This document shows positions 26,460 through 26,868 of a DNA stretch of 26,868 nucleotides, piece after piece (the stretch's first letter is position 1; the number at the start of each line of letters is the position of its first letter). Source of the DNA: Candidatus Omnitrophota bacterium (GTDB lineage Bacteria > Omnitrophota > Omnitrophia > Omnitrophales > Aquincolibacteriaceae); contig JAZDJU010000130.1 in assembly GCA_043803685.1 (NCBI GenBank), positions 1 through 26,868 of the forward strand. The letters are read 5' to 3'. The notes under the pieces were generated by a model. That model saw only the letters and a program-made list of their open reading frames with translations, was not told the DNA's origin and did no database searches. A program made the translations under genes and the position numbers.

Positions 26460-26868
26460 CTACTCAGGGGAAGTCCTCGCACAACGCGCACCGCTATCGT
26501 AGTACCGAGCACTACCTGAGTAAGCCGCGACGGCACGGTCCGAGACACGAGCGTACGTAGTACCAGAGCTCCAAATACCGCCGCGAAAGCCCGAGCCCAC
26601 AGCGCTTGTTCCGGGCCAAAGACTGACATTGGCATTCCCGCTGGCGTCAAGGACCCCATCCCCCGACAGGCCTGTAAATAACCGGCCCGTGGCATTTCCC
26701 ACCGAGACCGGCCGCTCCCATAAATTGCCCGAAAGCTCCATCACGCCGTAGAAACTGGCACCGGCGTTGTATCGGAGTGAAGCGCTCGTGGCGGCAAAGC
26801 CGGAACGAACAGGGCCCTGAACACCTCCGCCGTAAAGGCAATTGCCACCATTCGCAGCGACTTCATTA
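26460..26868 (-). CDS. Partial (5'-truncated) FGE-sulfatase/CLec-fold domain protein
   Basis: Frame is open to the window edge: NEVAANGGNCLYGGGVQGPVRSGFAA...GASFYGVMELSGNLWE...GFRGGIW...RVSDR...GARCARTSPE*, matching the YG..D/EMSGN..EW, RGGxW and terminal GxR motifs of this fold. Confidence 0.8.
   Translation of the reverse strand, partial: NEVAANGGNCLYGGGVQGPVRSGFAATSASLRYNAGASFYGVMELSGNLWERPVSVGNATGRLFTGLSGDGVLDASGNANVSLWPGTSAVGSGFRGGIWSSGTTYARVSDRAVAAYSGSARYYDSGARCARTSPE

Overview
Almost every gene in this window lies on the minus strand, in one apparently co-transcribed cluster read right to left. The order is: a partial FGE-sulfatase/CLec-fold protein whose 3' end resembles a DGR variable region; a 3017-aa exported adhesin-like protein; a membrane-bound diguanylate cyclase; a divergent F-type ATPase module (epsilon, c, b-delta fusion, second c, alpha, gamma, beta, with no subunit a); and a type II secretion/type IV filament module (MshEN-bearing GspE/PilB, GspF/PilC, an HExxH metallopeptidase, GspG, two minor pseudopilins, GspK, a PilM-PilN fusion, PilO, a small exported hypothetical protein). 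The main candidate system is a possibly c-di-GMP-linked, ion-channel-less F1-like ATPase coupled to a pseudopilus machine and a giant surface protein. A second layer is a family of degenerate 7- and 8-nt tandem repeats. They are often arranged as inverted hairpins, sit at most gene junctions of the ATPase module, and are translated as the N-terminal leaders of four exported proteins. The gene content suggests a PVC-group organism such as Omnitrophota, but that is inference only. All calls come from reading motifs by eye; no searches were run.
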